From positions 27,466,001-27,530,000 of the forward strand of contig NC_043014.1 of the NCBI RefSeq assembly GCF_006345805.1: DNA of 64,000 nt, written 5' to 3'. A program made the position numbers and the translations under genes. Each line of letters starts with the position of its first letter. Positions within the stretch are counted from its first letter, which is position 1. Origin of the DNA: Octopus sinensis (taxonomy: Eukaryota). The notes beneath the pieces were generated by a model. The model searched no databases, had not been told where the DNA came from, and was given only the letters and a program-made list of their open reading frames with translations. Below are positions 38,460 to 51,736 of this stretch, one piece after another.

Positions 38460-38464
38460 CAGAA

Positions 38465-39571
38465 GGTCCCTAATTTTGCATGAGCTATCAACCAAAATGC
38501 TAATACTCAGATGCTGATGACATTGTTCTTATAGCTGAATCACTACCAAAACTTCAGAAGTTTCAGATGTGGAAGCAAGGTCTAGAATCAAATGAGTAGT
38601 GAGGATGGATTCTCTGAGAGCATAGCTGCTAGAATGAGAATAGGTTGGGCAAAGTTCAGAGAGTTCCTACCTCTGTTGGTAACAAAGGGCCACTTTCTCA
38701 GAGTGAAAGGCAGATTGTATGATGACAGTGTACAAACAGCCATGTTACATGGCAATGAAACATGGGCAGTGACTGCCAAGGACATGCTTAGGCTTGAAAG
38801 AAATGAAGCTAGTATGCTTGGCTGGATGTGCAATGTCAGTGTGCATGTAGGACAGTGTAAACGTCTTGAGAGAAATGCTGGGCATAAGAGGCATCAGATG
38901 TGGTGTACAAGAGAGATGACTATTGGTACAGTCATGTGATGTGTATGGATGTGGACAGTTGTGTGAAGAATTGCCAATCTCTACCAGTGGAAGGGAGAGA
39001 CCCAGGAATACATGGGACAAGGTGGTGAAGCATGATCTTCAGATGTTGGGCTTCATGGAGGCAATGACTAGGGACCGAGATCTTTGGCAATGTGCTATGC
39101 TTGAGAAGTCCCCACCCCAGGCCAAGTGAAATCATAACTGTGGCCATTGTTGCGTAACAGGTGCCAGTGGCATGTAAAAGCACCTTTCAAGCGTTGGGCT
39201 TCACAGAAACAATGTGGCTGATGCTGGTGTCATGAAACTACCACCTGTGCCGGTGGCACATAAAATGCACCTTCTGAACGTTGGACCAAATGACCAAGAC
39301 CTTTGGCAATATGCAATGCTTGAGAAGACTCATCAAGCCAAGTGAAATCATAGTTGTGAGAGATATTGGTGTCAGGCAAAGTCACACTTGTGCCGGTGGC
39401 ACATTAAAGCACCCATTGAACTCTCGGAGTAGTTGGCATTAGGAAGGGCATCCAGCCGTAGAAACCATGCCAAATCAGACGAGTCAGATGCAGCCCCCCA
39501 GCTTACAGCCCTGATCAGACCGTCCAGCCCATGCCAGCATGGGACAACGGACATTAAATGATGATGATGAT
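38465..39571 (+). mobile_element. RTE family B 3' fragment with UTR and (GAT)n tail
   Basis: ORF 38592..38939 (ARMRIGWAKFRE...AMLHGNETW); terminal ccatgccagcatgg. Confidence 0.85.
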
Positions 39572-39848
39572 GTGTGTGTCCACCACTACCGCGTGTCAAC
39601 TGGTGATGGTGTTTTTACGTCCCTGTTAACTAGCGGTTTGGCAAAAATGATCGATAAAATAAACACTAGGCTTAAATAAAAAGTACTGGAATCAATTAAT
39701 TCGACTAAAAGTTCTTCAATGTGATGCCCCAGCTAGCCGCAGTCTAATGACGGAAACAAGTAAAAGATAAAGATAAAAGATATGTATATAATATATTTGT
39801 GTGTGTGCGTGCTTTACCCATACCAGCACGAAAATCAGATGTTAGATG

Positions 39849-39881
<33 letters not shown>

Positions 39882-40066
39882 TCTCACACATGCACACACA
39901 CTCTTATCCTGTGTATGATAATCTTATGTATGTAAAGTTAAGTATTGGTCAGTTGCCGTGTTTATCCGTCGTGTATAATACGTACAGGTATGTTAACATA
40001 TCTATTCATGTATGTTTGTTTGTTTCTGTCTTTTCGCTGAACACTCATACGTTGTCTTCGACGGGA

Positions 40067-40129
<63 letters not shown>

Positions 40130-40339
40130 TGTGCGAAAGACATAAATTATTATGCGTATCTGTAATGCCGTCACAGAATCAAATGTTATATTTCTGCGTG
40201 CTGTTTAGTCTGTTCCTTCTTTCAACCTTTATTTATTTACCTAATGTCTTCGGCCGGCCATAATTTAATAAATGAAACCCCAGGCATTAATAAACTAACC
40301 GTCATTCTCTCACTCGTAGAAATAATAAAGCTCTTACTA

Positions 40340-40399
40340 GAAATTTGGATGAATGGCTATTTAATTTGTTTTCATGGCCCGAAACTTCTTGTCGGTTTC
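40340..40399 (+). ncRNA. Degenerate hammerhead in a Penelope pLTR-like remnant
   Basis: gaaatt-TGGATGA-at-ggcta...tggcc-c-GAAAC-ttctt-GTC-ggtttc; upstream gccggccataattt (~40253) also occurs in the Penelope 3' UTR (~14983). Confidence 0.5.
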
Positions 40400-42164
40400 C
40401 TTCGTTTCGTGGTTTAGTTTGTTTGTTTGTCTTAATATTTTACCTATCTACTTTGCTCGCAATTTCACGATTCATTTTCTTGTTTTATATAATATTTTGC
40501 TTTAAGTTATTCTTTCTCCATTATGACACACTGTATTCATCGCTTTCAGTCTATTAAAAAAACAACTATAAATATTTTTCTATTTTCATTTTCTCGTTCT
40601 TTCATTCTCTCATACTTTCGTTCGCTCTGTCTTTTCTCATTCTCTCACTTGCATAGTCTGTTCTTTTCTTCACATTTACATTTTGTTTTTCTCAGTTTCT
40701 TCCTATTTTTCACTTATATTTTTCCTACACACACATATATATATATATGTATACATATATATATATATGTATATATATGTATATATATATATAAATGGAG
40801 AGAGATTTGGTGATGCAAGCAGGAAAATAAAACTGAAATCATGAGTATATATAATTAATAATCAGTAGAAGTTAGTGATTTAAGGGCTGAGAGTTTCGTC
40901 ATTGACTCTTATCAAGCATATATATATATATATATATATATAATATAAATACACACTGACACTTATCAAGGATATATATATAATTGTTGGATTTAGAATA
41001 TCTCTGCCTAATCGCTAATTTTTGCTCTTTGACTAACTCTTTGACACTTTTACTCTTCCTCTCTCTGTCTCCCTTCCCTCTGTCTTTCTCTTGCTTTCCC
41101 CCACACCGCCTCCTTGTCCCCCTCTCTTTCATGTCAATTTTCTCTTTATTTTACCCCTCACTCTCTCCTCTCTTACTCCATACACACATGCATATACATA
41201 CAAAGGTTGAGTGAGGAGAGAGGATGGATAAAAAGAAAAATTAAATATCTACGTATATGTGTCGCCGTTTGTGATATTTCTTATATCAATTTCGTGGAAA
41301 CGTCAATAAAGGGGAAAATATTCTAACAAAAATGTTGTGTATACTAACTTCGATCCGTTAGTTTGCGTTCGTATATGAATTTGTGTATAAATGGGAAGCG
41401 GTGACATTGGTATGGGGGATAGGGGTATAAGCTCAATCGAATTGGTCTACCTTGCTCATTTCTGATTTAAACGTGTATGTTATGAGTTATTTGTGTTGTT
41501 TTCGTGTTGTCAGCCATATAACACGTTGGCGATCTCTCACTCTCTTATTTTTCTTTTCCACTCTTCTTTCTCCGTGTCTGTATGTCATTATAATTCTTAT
41601 CAACTACTCACAAACTGCTAATCTTCGCCGCAACCATCATCACCATTATAAAATGTTTACCTATCTTTTTCTCCGGCTTACCTCTATCTCTATCTTTTTT
41701 TTTATCCCTATAATAGATGCGTGTGTCCCACTTAAAAACATAACCTTTTTCATAATGGTTGTTATTGTTATTGTCCAGTTCCATGTCGGCACTAATTGAA
41801 CAGAAGACATTCCAAAATGACCGTCCTGTCTTTTTTTTTCTCAGGTACTGTGTGTCTAATAAACATTATTTAATATAGTCTTAGATGTTTTTAAAACGAT
41901 AGAGTATTATTAGTTAAGAGAAATTTAACTGCTATTTTTAGCGACCACATAGAGGTTCCCTTGTTAGCTCGTTTTTATAATGGTAGCCAAGAATGGTGTG
42001 GCTCTTCTCTACACCAAACTGACCCACTGGGTACTTTATATCTGCTCTTTCATTCACTGAAGGAACACACACACTCTCTCTTTCCCTCTTACACACTCAT
42101 TCGTACGTACATGCATGCATACACATGTGCGCACGCACACACACACGCACACTCACACACACAC

Positions 42165-42288
42165 CCGACGTAGCAATGGAGGAGAGGAAGGGGGTTCACG
42201 CTAGAAAACAGTTGCTTTATTGAAACGGAATAAAATGGTTCGGCTTTCCTCTGTTCTAAGTTCTGTCGGAATCTGTTTGTAGATTTCC
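42165..42288 (+). promoter_or_regulatory. Candidate promoter or 5' UTR exon of the BBX-like gene
   Basis: Lies in a unique, CpG-retaining ~40.1-43.5 kb region and ends at CC|GTAAGT (GT 42289-42290); downstream DNA looks CpG-depleted. Inference. Confidence 0.3.
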
Positions 42289-44204
42289 GTAAGTAGTTTC
42301 AAATCTTTTTCTAGCTCTTCTTCAATCTTGCTTTTTGTTATTGATGTCGTTTCTTTTTCTTTTTTAAATGTTGTATTTGTGTTATTGAGCAAGCGATTCC
42401 TTCGTTAACTTGAAAGACAACAGTTGAAAATATGTATTTTATGAATTACGAAAAAGAAAAGTAGAAATCTCTTATCGGTAAACTTTTCTCGTCAAACACG
42501 AACAATAATAATTGCTTGTAGTGACAATGGTAATTGTGATTTTTGTAATATGTAAAGTCAAAGCACAAGTACGTTGGTCACAAGCATAATAAAAATAATG
42601 ATTGTAGCCATCATCGTTATTTAAATACTTGTTTCAATGTTACTATTTTTATTTTATTTTTATGCTCTGTTCGATCCAACAGTGTTCCTTCTGTAACTGA
42701 AATAATAATTATAATAGGTTATAATAGTGTCCAAGACTAAGTTTTTTTCTTTATGTTTTGAAAGTATGTTTTTAGCCATGAAAAAAATTTGTATACAAAT
42801 GTATATATATGTGTGTGTGTGTGTATGCATTTCGCCTTCACGATTCCTTTTAAGCATTTTATAAATTGTAATGTCAGTCTTTCAAAACATCTCCACGACA
42901 TTGTTAATTAAAGTTTCAACGTAACTTTCAGTATTAAACTCAATACCTTTAATAATGTTTCCTACCTAGCTTAATGTTTGTATAGCATATATATGTATGT
43001 ATATAATGTGTATGTGTTAGTTTACCAATAATGTTTGCACACGTTCTCGTTTTTTTTGTTTGTTTTTTTTTTCATTTCATTTAAACACACACACGTATTT
43101 ATAAATGGAAAATTTGAGAATGAAACAAAACAATTTATAGATATTATTGAGTTCCGATTTATTATTCATGTCAAATATCTTTGTATACGGCATTGTATTT
43201 AACGGGAGCATTTTGATGTATTACATAGTATCTCAATAGATTAAACTAATTTCTCTTTTTCGTGTCCGTTTATGTTGTTACTTATACATGTTTTTGTGGA
43301 TTTATTTTGTAATTTCTCCAAGTTAAATCATCTAAGAAAGCTATATCCACACCTGGATTTTGCTGAAGGTATTTATCAAATATGCTTAGTGTGATCTTTT
43401 TATATTTCTAAACTTCATAACATTAAACGACGTGGTGTTAACCTGGCAAGATGCTCCAGCTGTGATTGAGATTTTAAGTTACCGTCCACTAACTTTGCAT
43501 ACTTTGCATTCAGTATGGTGATGACCACTAGCTGGTTGTGCACTCAACCCAAATTATTTTTATGTAATAAGATATATCTGGGAAGTTCTTTATTGACAGT
43601 AGCATATTTTATTTTAATTTTTTTTATTAACTATTTTAACAGAACTGAAGTTATTTGAGTCAGCAATTGAATAACACCTGTCATAGTCTATTTGACAAAT
43701 GAAAATGTTTAACCTATCTACACCAGCATGTTAAAACATCTTGACCAAAAATAAAATTTTTAAAATAAAAAACTTGAAAACAATAAAAAAAAAAGGCTCC
43801 ATTCACACCAACACAGAATTGGTTATTATACTGGATGGGCATGACTGTGGTTAAGAAGTTTACTTCACAACTATGTAACTTTGTGGTTCAGTCCCACTGT
43901 GGTACCTTGGGCAAGTGGCATCTACCTTAGCCCTAGGTTGGCCGAAACCTTGTGAGTGAAATTTAGAAGATGGAAATCCATGAAAAAAAAAAGGGTTTTT
44001 GGTTGGTATACAACCCATTACCTGTCTTGTGAGTGTCTTTAGCATACTAAACTCTGTTGTTAGGTAAGGAACAAAAGATAAAAAGGCAAACTTAATGGTT
44101 GCCAGTGACTGGCATACAATTTACGAAATGTCAGGAAGGCATTGTGACAAAAAAAAAATGCCAAATGTAACATTTGAATAAATATTTATTTTCATGACGA
44201 AGTT

Positions 44205-45066
44205 CAGGGTGTTTGGGCTAAATTTGACAGTTTGCATAAAAGGAAAAGAAAACACGATATCCCATCCAAAAATAAAAAGTATTTTAAAAGAACAAAAAAT
44301 ATCAATTAGATTATGGCCAGGAGATAACAGTTTACTTGAAGTAGCCACCCTCAGCTTTCACCACAGCCTCAAGATAGCTCCAAACCTGCCAATTGTTTCC
44401 CAGGCAAGATCTTTCAAAACCTCCTTGATTTGGCCACCAACTTGGCTTTAGTGTTTCAAGCAGAATGGTTGGTCCTTTCTCACTACCAGCCCACACATAA
44501 TAATCCATGGAATTGTAATCAGGGGAATTAGGGGGCCAGAAATAGGAGCTGATGGAGTCGTAGAGATTCTCTGACATCTACTTCTGATTCTTTACGGAGG
44601 TATGGCAAGTAACTGAATCCTGCTACCATGCATATTGTCTTCCAGTAGCAACCCTCTCCAGTTAGGGTTTGACTATAGTCTACAGCAGTTTCACATTGCC
44701 ATCTGAACTGAGCTTAAGGCCCTGTTCAGAGATGTGGGACGACATGTCATCCCCCTCACTGGAGACATACCCAAAGACCATCATAGTTTGGGGAAACTTG
44801 GTTTTCATGTTGTCCATGTCACATCTAACAGTCTTTAGTGTTCATAGAGCATTGAGTAGCAGTCACAATGTTGACATTTTGATACTTGGCATGAATCATC
44901 ATGATACGGGTAACTCTTTTCTAATATTCAAGATGGATTTTAGTCCTCCATGTCTGCTAACTTTTTCTCAAATTCTCTCCATTGCTGTTGACTGTTCATC
45001 CATACAACAAGCTGTTCTTGAAAAAAAGGTGACATAAAAATCTTCAAATTTAACCTGAACATTCTG
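44205..45066 (-). mobile_element. Decayed maT (DD37D) Tc1/mariner-superfamily transposon
   Basis: TIRs cagggtgtttgggctaaattt / aaatttaacctgaacattctg; remnant QDSVTCH...WPPNSPDYNSMDYYVW with 37 residues between the last two catalytic Asp; stops. Confidence 0.82.
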
Positions 45067-46883
45067 TAAATATATTTATAGGCTAGACACTGATTCTCTG
45101 GGTAACTTTCTCCCAACAGCTTTGGTGTTCCTTAATACAGTCATGAATGTTGTTTTTGATCCTCTAACAGTCATAAAAATATATGTCATTCTTTAGCATT
45201 CTATCAACTACTTCTACGTTATATGCTTATATACTTTGAATAACTGCAATCTGCTTCAATAGACATGATTGCAACTATTTAATAAAGGGTCTCCAGATAA
45301 CCTTTAACATCACCTGGACAAAACAAGTCACCAATAACTGACAATGGATCTCTCTTTCAGTTGTTACAGCAAAAAGATGGCTGCAACTTTCTAAGTACTA
45401 ATTCATATTTACCTGTAAACCAGCACTGACCCAGGGGAAGATGAACTATAGGCTTTCTTCTAAAACCATGGTCAAGATGATGATGGAGAACAGTGGCACT
45501 GTGACTGTTGATGATGGATCAGGGTATTTAGTGTATTTAGCCATTGTGCTCAGTTGCAAATGCAAGATGTGAATGTTATATGGTAATGATATCTCTTTAG
45601 TCTGTTAGTTTAGAGTTTTCTAAACTAGATTAATCTGGAAAAAGCTCTCAAAGACTGGCAAGTGAAGTTGATGTTGTTAATTTTACATTTGAATATTTGC
45701 ATTTCAATGAAATACAAGATAGACATGCAAGTAAGGAATTCCAGAGAGATGATGGTCTAGAGAGGAAGAACTGCCTGTAGTTGTTTCTGCTGTGCAGTTG
45801 GACACATCAGGATCAAACTGCCTGGATTCAAAACCTGTCAAATCTTAAGAACCAACAAAGGAACCTCTATGTAGTCACTCAATCTGTTACAAACAGCATC
45901 CAAGTCTCCCTCAAATCACACCCTACAATCTTAAAAAGGAAAGAACACACTAGATAATGTAGTCCTTAATACACTGTCTGAGGAGGAAACTGACTTTATG
46001 CTTATGGCTAGAACATCTTTGATCATATGTCTGTTATACCAGAACTGACCTGGTGCTAAACAACTATATTATTAATGCTTATTTATTCACATAGTTTTAA
46101 ATCTATCATTCATTATCTTGTAGAATGATATTGTAGGGTAGGTGTGAGAGGCCAGATCTGGCCGGTTTAAATGCTAAAGGGTTAACCAAACTAAAGAAAA
46201 TAAAGCTGACACTAATTTTACAAGTACAAAACTATAGTATTAGATTGTAAACTGTACATAAGGGTAATCACAGACCTGTCTGAGCTCACAATCTTTCTGT
46301 CACATACCTTGAAAAATGGCAAAGTATTCAAAGTAAAAATGTATTATATGTACAAACTATTCACACACATTAATTCCTTCCAAGTGCAACAAAGCCAGTC
46401 CAAATCACATTACTATGTAAATAGTGCAACTGCATTACAAACAGCACTAGCAGCCATCATCCATTGTGAGCTTCATCTGAGCTTTGTAGAGAGTAACTAT
46501 TAAAGACTGAAGTATTTTTTGGCTCTAAAGAGGGAGAGCAGTCTTTGTAATGCAATTCTGATTATGATGGAGGCAGGTGTTCACCAGGAGACCCTCAGTG
46601 GCTGTGAAGCTGAGCCTTAGTAGCAACTTTGATAGTTCTAGTATGCTATTCATATTTAGTAAGGTGAAGTGTGATAATGTTTTCTTGATATGTGCAGTAA
46701 TTGGGAGTTTGTGCTGTTGAAGGAAACAAGGCTGACACAACTTGATTTTTTTTTTTTTTTTTGCAATCCTTTGTTCATGGAGTCATGGCATATATAGTTT
46801 GAATGCGAATGATATTCAAACTATATCACATCATGCCTTGCAATTGAGTACAATGGCCAAATTCACCAAATACTCTCTATGTC

Positions 46884-48130
46884 TTCCATCATCATCATCT
46901 TGACCATGGTTTTGGAAGAGAGCCTATAGTTCATCTTCCCCTGGGTCAGTTCCGGTTTGCATGTAAATGTGAATGTAGCAAGTAGTACTTGGAAAGATCA
47001 GGGAGAAATGAAAGGGAATATCATCTGTGAAGGAGTGGGTATTGCCAGAAGTGATTACAAGTCATTAATGTAAGGAGGGGGAGCATGTGGGGACACTGAA
47101 ATTGATAGTTAGAGAGAGTGCCATCAGTACACACTATCATGGTACAATCTGACAGGAATTCACTAATCTGAGCAAAAGAGAGAGAGGTGGAGCTTATAAG
47201 CGAGATGTTTTGCCAGATTTGTGTTAGGGGAAACAATACTTTCTTCACCAATTTCTCAATAGTGAGAGCCTATGGTGAAGTGACAATGGAGACCAAGTCT
47301 TCAGTAGATGTAGCTTTACAAAAGCAGCACTAATGGTTACTGAGAAGGAGAGAGTTAAAGTTTTAAAGAAGGTGATTGCAAGTGGCTGTTTCTATCAGCT
47401 TTAAGATGGGAGAAATGAATCTAGTAGGACACTCACTGGCTGGGTTAGAGGAGTCACCCTTCTTGAGAATAACGTTTTAAAAGATTAGATTGTATACTGA
47501 GATTGGAGAGTTTGGTTAGGAATGAGGAGACCCCCATTGGTCATGAATGATCATGAGATTGCACCTAGAAAGTTACCCTCCGAGGCACGAGTCCAGGCAA
47601 GGTTGTTTGTGGAAGGCCAGCAGTTGTCCATGCATACCAGCCTCCCCTCTCCACACCATTGATGTTATCCAAAGGAAAAGCAAAGGCCGATACAGCTTGG
47701 CACCAGTGATGTCGTGACTCGTTTCTAGAGCTGAGTGAACTGGAGCAACGTGAAATAAAGTGTCTTGCTCAAGAACACAACACGCAGCCTGGTCTGGGAA
47801 TCAAACTCACAACCTCATGATCGTAAGCTCGACGTTCTAACCACTGAGCCACGCGCCTTAGGAATAGTTGCTCACTTTATGATGTAATATATTGCCAGTA
47901 TATCTTAACTCTACTCAGTAAAGAGTGAGGGATAGACTTAACTTGAGGAAGAAGGACTTGAGTCTTACAAACTCTTAATAATTTGCATCTGAAAATAAAA
48001 AGTTAGTAAAATTCATCAGTGTAAAATAAATTCAAGTGTTGTGAGATGGGTAAATTCGGATGTTCCTAGCAGTCCTTCAAAGAAATAAGAACTGTTGGAA
48101 GAGTCTGCAGTAACACACTCTTCTCATCTT
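46884..48130 (-). mobile_element. Highly decayed LINE with (GAT)n 3' end, interrupted by a SINE
   Basis: Its 3' end 46884-46996 matches a + strand copy at 45387-45488; only weak RT-like remnants. Confidence 0.45.
47524..47857 (-). mobile_element. tRNA-derived SINE family D, full length with TSD
   Basis: Minus strand ggcgcgTGGCTCAGTGG (A box), GAGTTTGATTCC (B box), central gtgttcttgagcaagacacttt; 8-bp TSD ttaggaat (47516-47523 and 47858-47865). Confidence 0.88.
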
Positions 48131-50292
48131 TGAGTAAAGCCATGAGTACAAACAAATGTCCTAAGTCAACATTTTCAGGACACACTGGCAACATCATCAG
48201 CACCCCAAACATGTTGGGTGCATTTTTAAAACCTCATAATGAGTGGAACCATTACTTTTTATTGAGCTGCAAAATAACATCTGTACATGGACAAGGTCTA
48301 AGATATTCCTAAAAGAAGCAAAGTATAGCTTAACTAGCCTAATTTAGTCATCCTTAAAATTATAAAAATGAAAGCATTGGGTATTACAAATGGTTGCAAA
48401 CAAAGATTACATTGGCTTTACCTACAAAATTTTTGTTCAGAGTAATCCTCTCCTAGAGAAGTTGTCTATGTAGCTGAAGAGCAGAAGTCTATATGTCACT
48501 TTTTATGGTCTTCCAGCACACTCCTTCATTATCTTAAGTATTTCTATATCCTTTCAAATTCATGCTAGTTAGCCTTTAACCCTATACTGGATTCGTATTT
48601 TATTGGCAAATTTTCTTTTTGTCTTGCTGGTTTTTTAGCAATCCTCTTTGCCAGGTTATCCTTCTGAGGGGACTAGTTTAATTACCAATGACCTGACTCT
48701 ACCAAGTCATACTGGATTGCATGCTACCAATAGCACTCACAGCTGACCTGAAATGCATCTATATACGCATATATACACACACACATACGGTCAGGTTTGC
48801 ATTGAGATGTTTCAGTCTGTAACTCTGGTAATTGTAAAGCTAAAGGCATGACACTCATTTACAACAATTATGTGAAGTCTAGTAAACACGAAATCATACA
48901 CACTTGCATACATATACATATATGTATATGTGAAGCATAAAATCAGGAGGTATAAAAGGTGAAGATAGATTTATTTATCCTTATGATTACAGCTATTTTG
49001 TTACCTTCTTCATGTCGTATTAATTTCAATATGCAAAATCGTGTTTTGCATCAGTATCTACACTCAGCATTATACAGTGCAATTGTGTATCCACAAATTT
49101 ATGTAAATAAAGAAAACTAACTCATCAGGTCACCGGAATATCATGTTTACAACTACAATTCAGCTCATTCAAAACATTCATATTTTCTGGATTTTCAGTT
49201 ACACTGACATATTACATTGTAATTGATTATTGAAGTAGACTGATAACCGATTCTGTATGGGAAGCTTACTGTGGTAGCCACACAAGTCTTTGATTCCATG
49301 TTTTGTACTATTCTTATGACAAGTTTCTTTCAGTTTCCCTTAACCAAATCCACTCACAAGGCTTTGGTCAATCTGGAGCTCTAGAAGACACTTGCCTAAG
49401 TGCCACACAGTGAGACTGAAACCAGAACCACACAGCCATAAGGTGCTTATTGTGAAGAGTTTTGGAGAGCCTTTTAGATAATAATACCCTTTTGATAACA
49501 TTATCTGTGAATATAATAAGCAGTTTCTATTGAGTGTATGTCTATAAAATCTGATACATGGTTACAGATAGCCTCTCTGGTACTGGTTGTACAATAAAAT
49601 ACATCCAGTCTACAGTGTAAAGTGGTTGGTGACAGAAAGGACATCAAATCATAAAACTTATTCTGAAAAAAAAACACGATGCTGCAGAACAAAGATTGTC
49701 AGGTTTGCTCTGTTGCTGAATGTGTTAGGTGATGAAGGACCACTGCAAGTGTTAGAATCCACCCAACCCATGTCAATTTGAAAAATCCAACATAATATGA
49801 TGAAGATTGATATTTGATACTTATTGTATTGATTTAGAAACGATGATGAAGTTGATTCTATTTGTATATCTTTTATTTGTTTCAGTCATTAGACTTTGGC
49901 TATGCTGAAGGATTTTTGTTGAACTAATCAATCCTAGGATTTATTCTTTTAAAGCTTGATACTTATTCAATCAGTGTCTTTTGCCCAATCGCTAAATTAC
50001 GGGGATGTAAACACACCAACACTGGTTGTCAGGCAGTGGAGGGGGAGGACACACTCATATACCCACACATGACATGCTTTTTTCAGTTTCCATCTACCAA
50101 ATCCACTCACAAGGCTTTGATCAGCCTGAGGCTATAGTAGAAGGTGCCACGCAGTGGAACTGAACCCAGAATCATGTGGTTAGGAGGAAAGCTTCTTTCT
50201 ACATAGCCAAGCTTACATATATTTATATATCATAAAGTTTAATGTGATTAAATTCAATTGTATGTTAATCATTACATATTTTTTTGTTACAG

Positions 50293-50493
50293 ATAGCCAT
50301 GGAAGGTATAGCCGACCGTAGGGAGGCACGGCGCCCAATGAATTCATTTTTCATCTTTTGTAAACGCCATCGAAGTATGGTTCGAAGTAAGCACCCAAAT
50401 TTGGACAACCGCAGCATAAGTCGCATTTTGGGTGACTTATGGGCAAATCTAGGCAAGGAAGAGAAACAACAATATACAGCAACTGCTAAACAG
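50293..50493 (+). CDS. bbx: Exon encoding most of the HMG box of a BBX (bobby sox)-like transcription factor
   Basis: Acceptor tttttgttacAG (50291-50292), donor CAG|GTTAGA, phase 0. ARRPMNSFFIFCKRHRSMVRSKHPNLDNRSISRILGDLWANLGKEEKQQY carries the FCKRHRS/HP.LDNR signature of BBX. gccATGG at 50299. Confidence 0.85.
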
Positions 50494-50728
50494 GTTAGAC
50501 ATTGTTACTTTTTCTTTTGCATGATTTAGAAAAGAAAAGATACCAACTTTCACCTTTTTGAGTGCCTCTAAGACAAGTGGAAAGAAAGGAGGGAGTTATC
50601 CTCAGATGAGAGGATTTACTCAAATGTTTGCACTAGTATGTGCAATAATAGCACATGATGGTGTTGAACTCATTGACAGTTTAATTCTTTAGCACTGATT
50701 TAATTTAAATTAACCCTTATTTATTCAT

Positions 50729-51068
50729 AGGCGTAGGAGTGGCTGTGTGGTAAGTAGCTTGTTTACCAACCACATAGTTCCAGGTTCAGTCCCACTGCGT
50801 GGCACCTTGGGTAAGTGTCTTCTACTATAGCCTCAGGTCAACCAAAGCCTTGTGAGTGGATTTGGTAGACGGAAACTGAAAGAAGCCTGTCATATATATG
50901 TGTGTGTGTCTGTGTTTGTCCCGATGCTGGTGTGCTTACAGCGCTGTAACTCATCGGTTCAGCAAAAGAGACCAAAAAATAAGCCCTGGGGTCGATTTCC
51001 TCAACTAAAGGCGGTGCCCCAGCATGGCCACAGTCAAATGACTGAAACAAATGAAAGAGTAAAAAGAG
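50729..51068 (+). mobile_element. SINE family A full copy (reference copy)
   Basis: tRNA-like head (tggctgtgtgg, ggttcagtccc), internal microsatellite, LINE-like tail 51010-51048. Further copies near 22960, 39575, 43840, 49325, 49870, 55770, 62555 and 63115. Confidence 0.9.
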
Positions 51069-51736
51069 AGATGAGAGGATTTACTCAAATGTTTGCACTA
51101 GTATGTGCAATAGTAGCACATGATGGTGTTGAACTCATTGACAGTTTAATTCTTTAGCACTCTGATTTAATTTAAATTAATTCTTATTCACATTGTTTCG
51201 AATTAATCATATATTATCTTTTAGCTTTGAGATTTTGATGGTTTGACTATATTTTTGAGACAAACATTGTAGGGTAGGTGTGAGAGGCTGGACCTGACTG
51301 GTTTGAACAGGTAGAATATCTTGGTTGGATGTGGCTGGTCTAAATGCTAAAGGGTTAAACATGGCATTTAAAGAAGAGAAATGTCTTCTCTGAGAGGCTT
51401 CCACAGTTTCCATGTTAGCAAATTTCACTTACAAGACTATTTGATCCAAGGTCACATTAGACAATTCCTTGGATAATGGAACATTACCTTTAATGATTCT
51501 ACAAAAAGAAAATAATTTTGTGTCTCCTTGTCGTAAATCTGTGTTACCACGTGTAGCAACCACGATTGAAAACACGCCCCTTTCTACTTTGTAAAGATAA
51601 TTGTTAGTACATCCCGAATTCTAGAAAAACCATACACACAGTTTTATATATCAGCACGCACCACACATGAATATATACACAAAGCGAATTTAAATCATAC
51701 TTTCTTCTTCTTCGCTGAGGCATTGCAGGGAGTATC

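Noticed and set aside
45387-46996. ~100-bp inverted repeats 1.4 kb apart as transposon TIRs
   Set aside because: Both end in (GAT)n and continue outward into LINE-like sequence, so they fit two tail-to-tail LINE 3' ends better.
47780-47857. tRNA gene
   Set aside because: A and B boxes are present, but the sequence continues into a SINE body bounded by a TSD.
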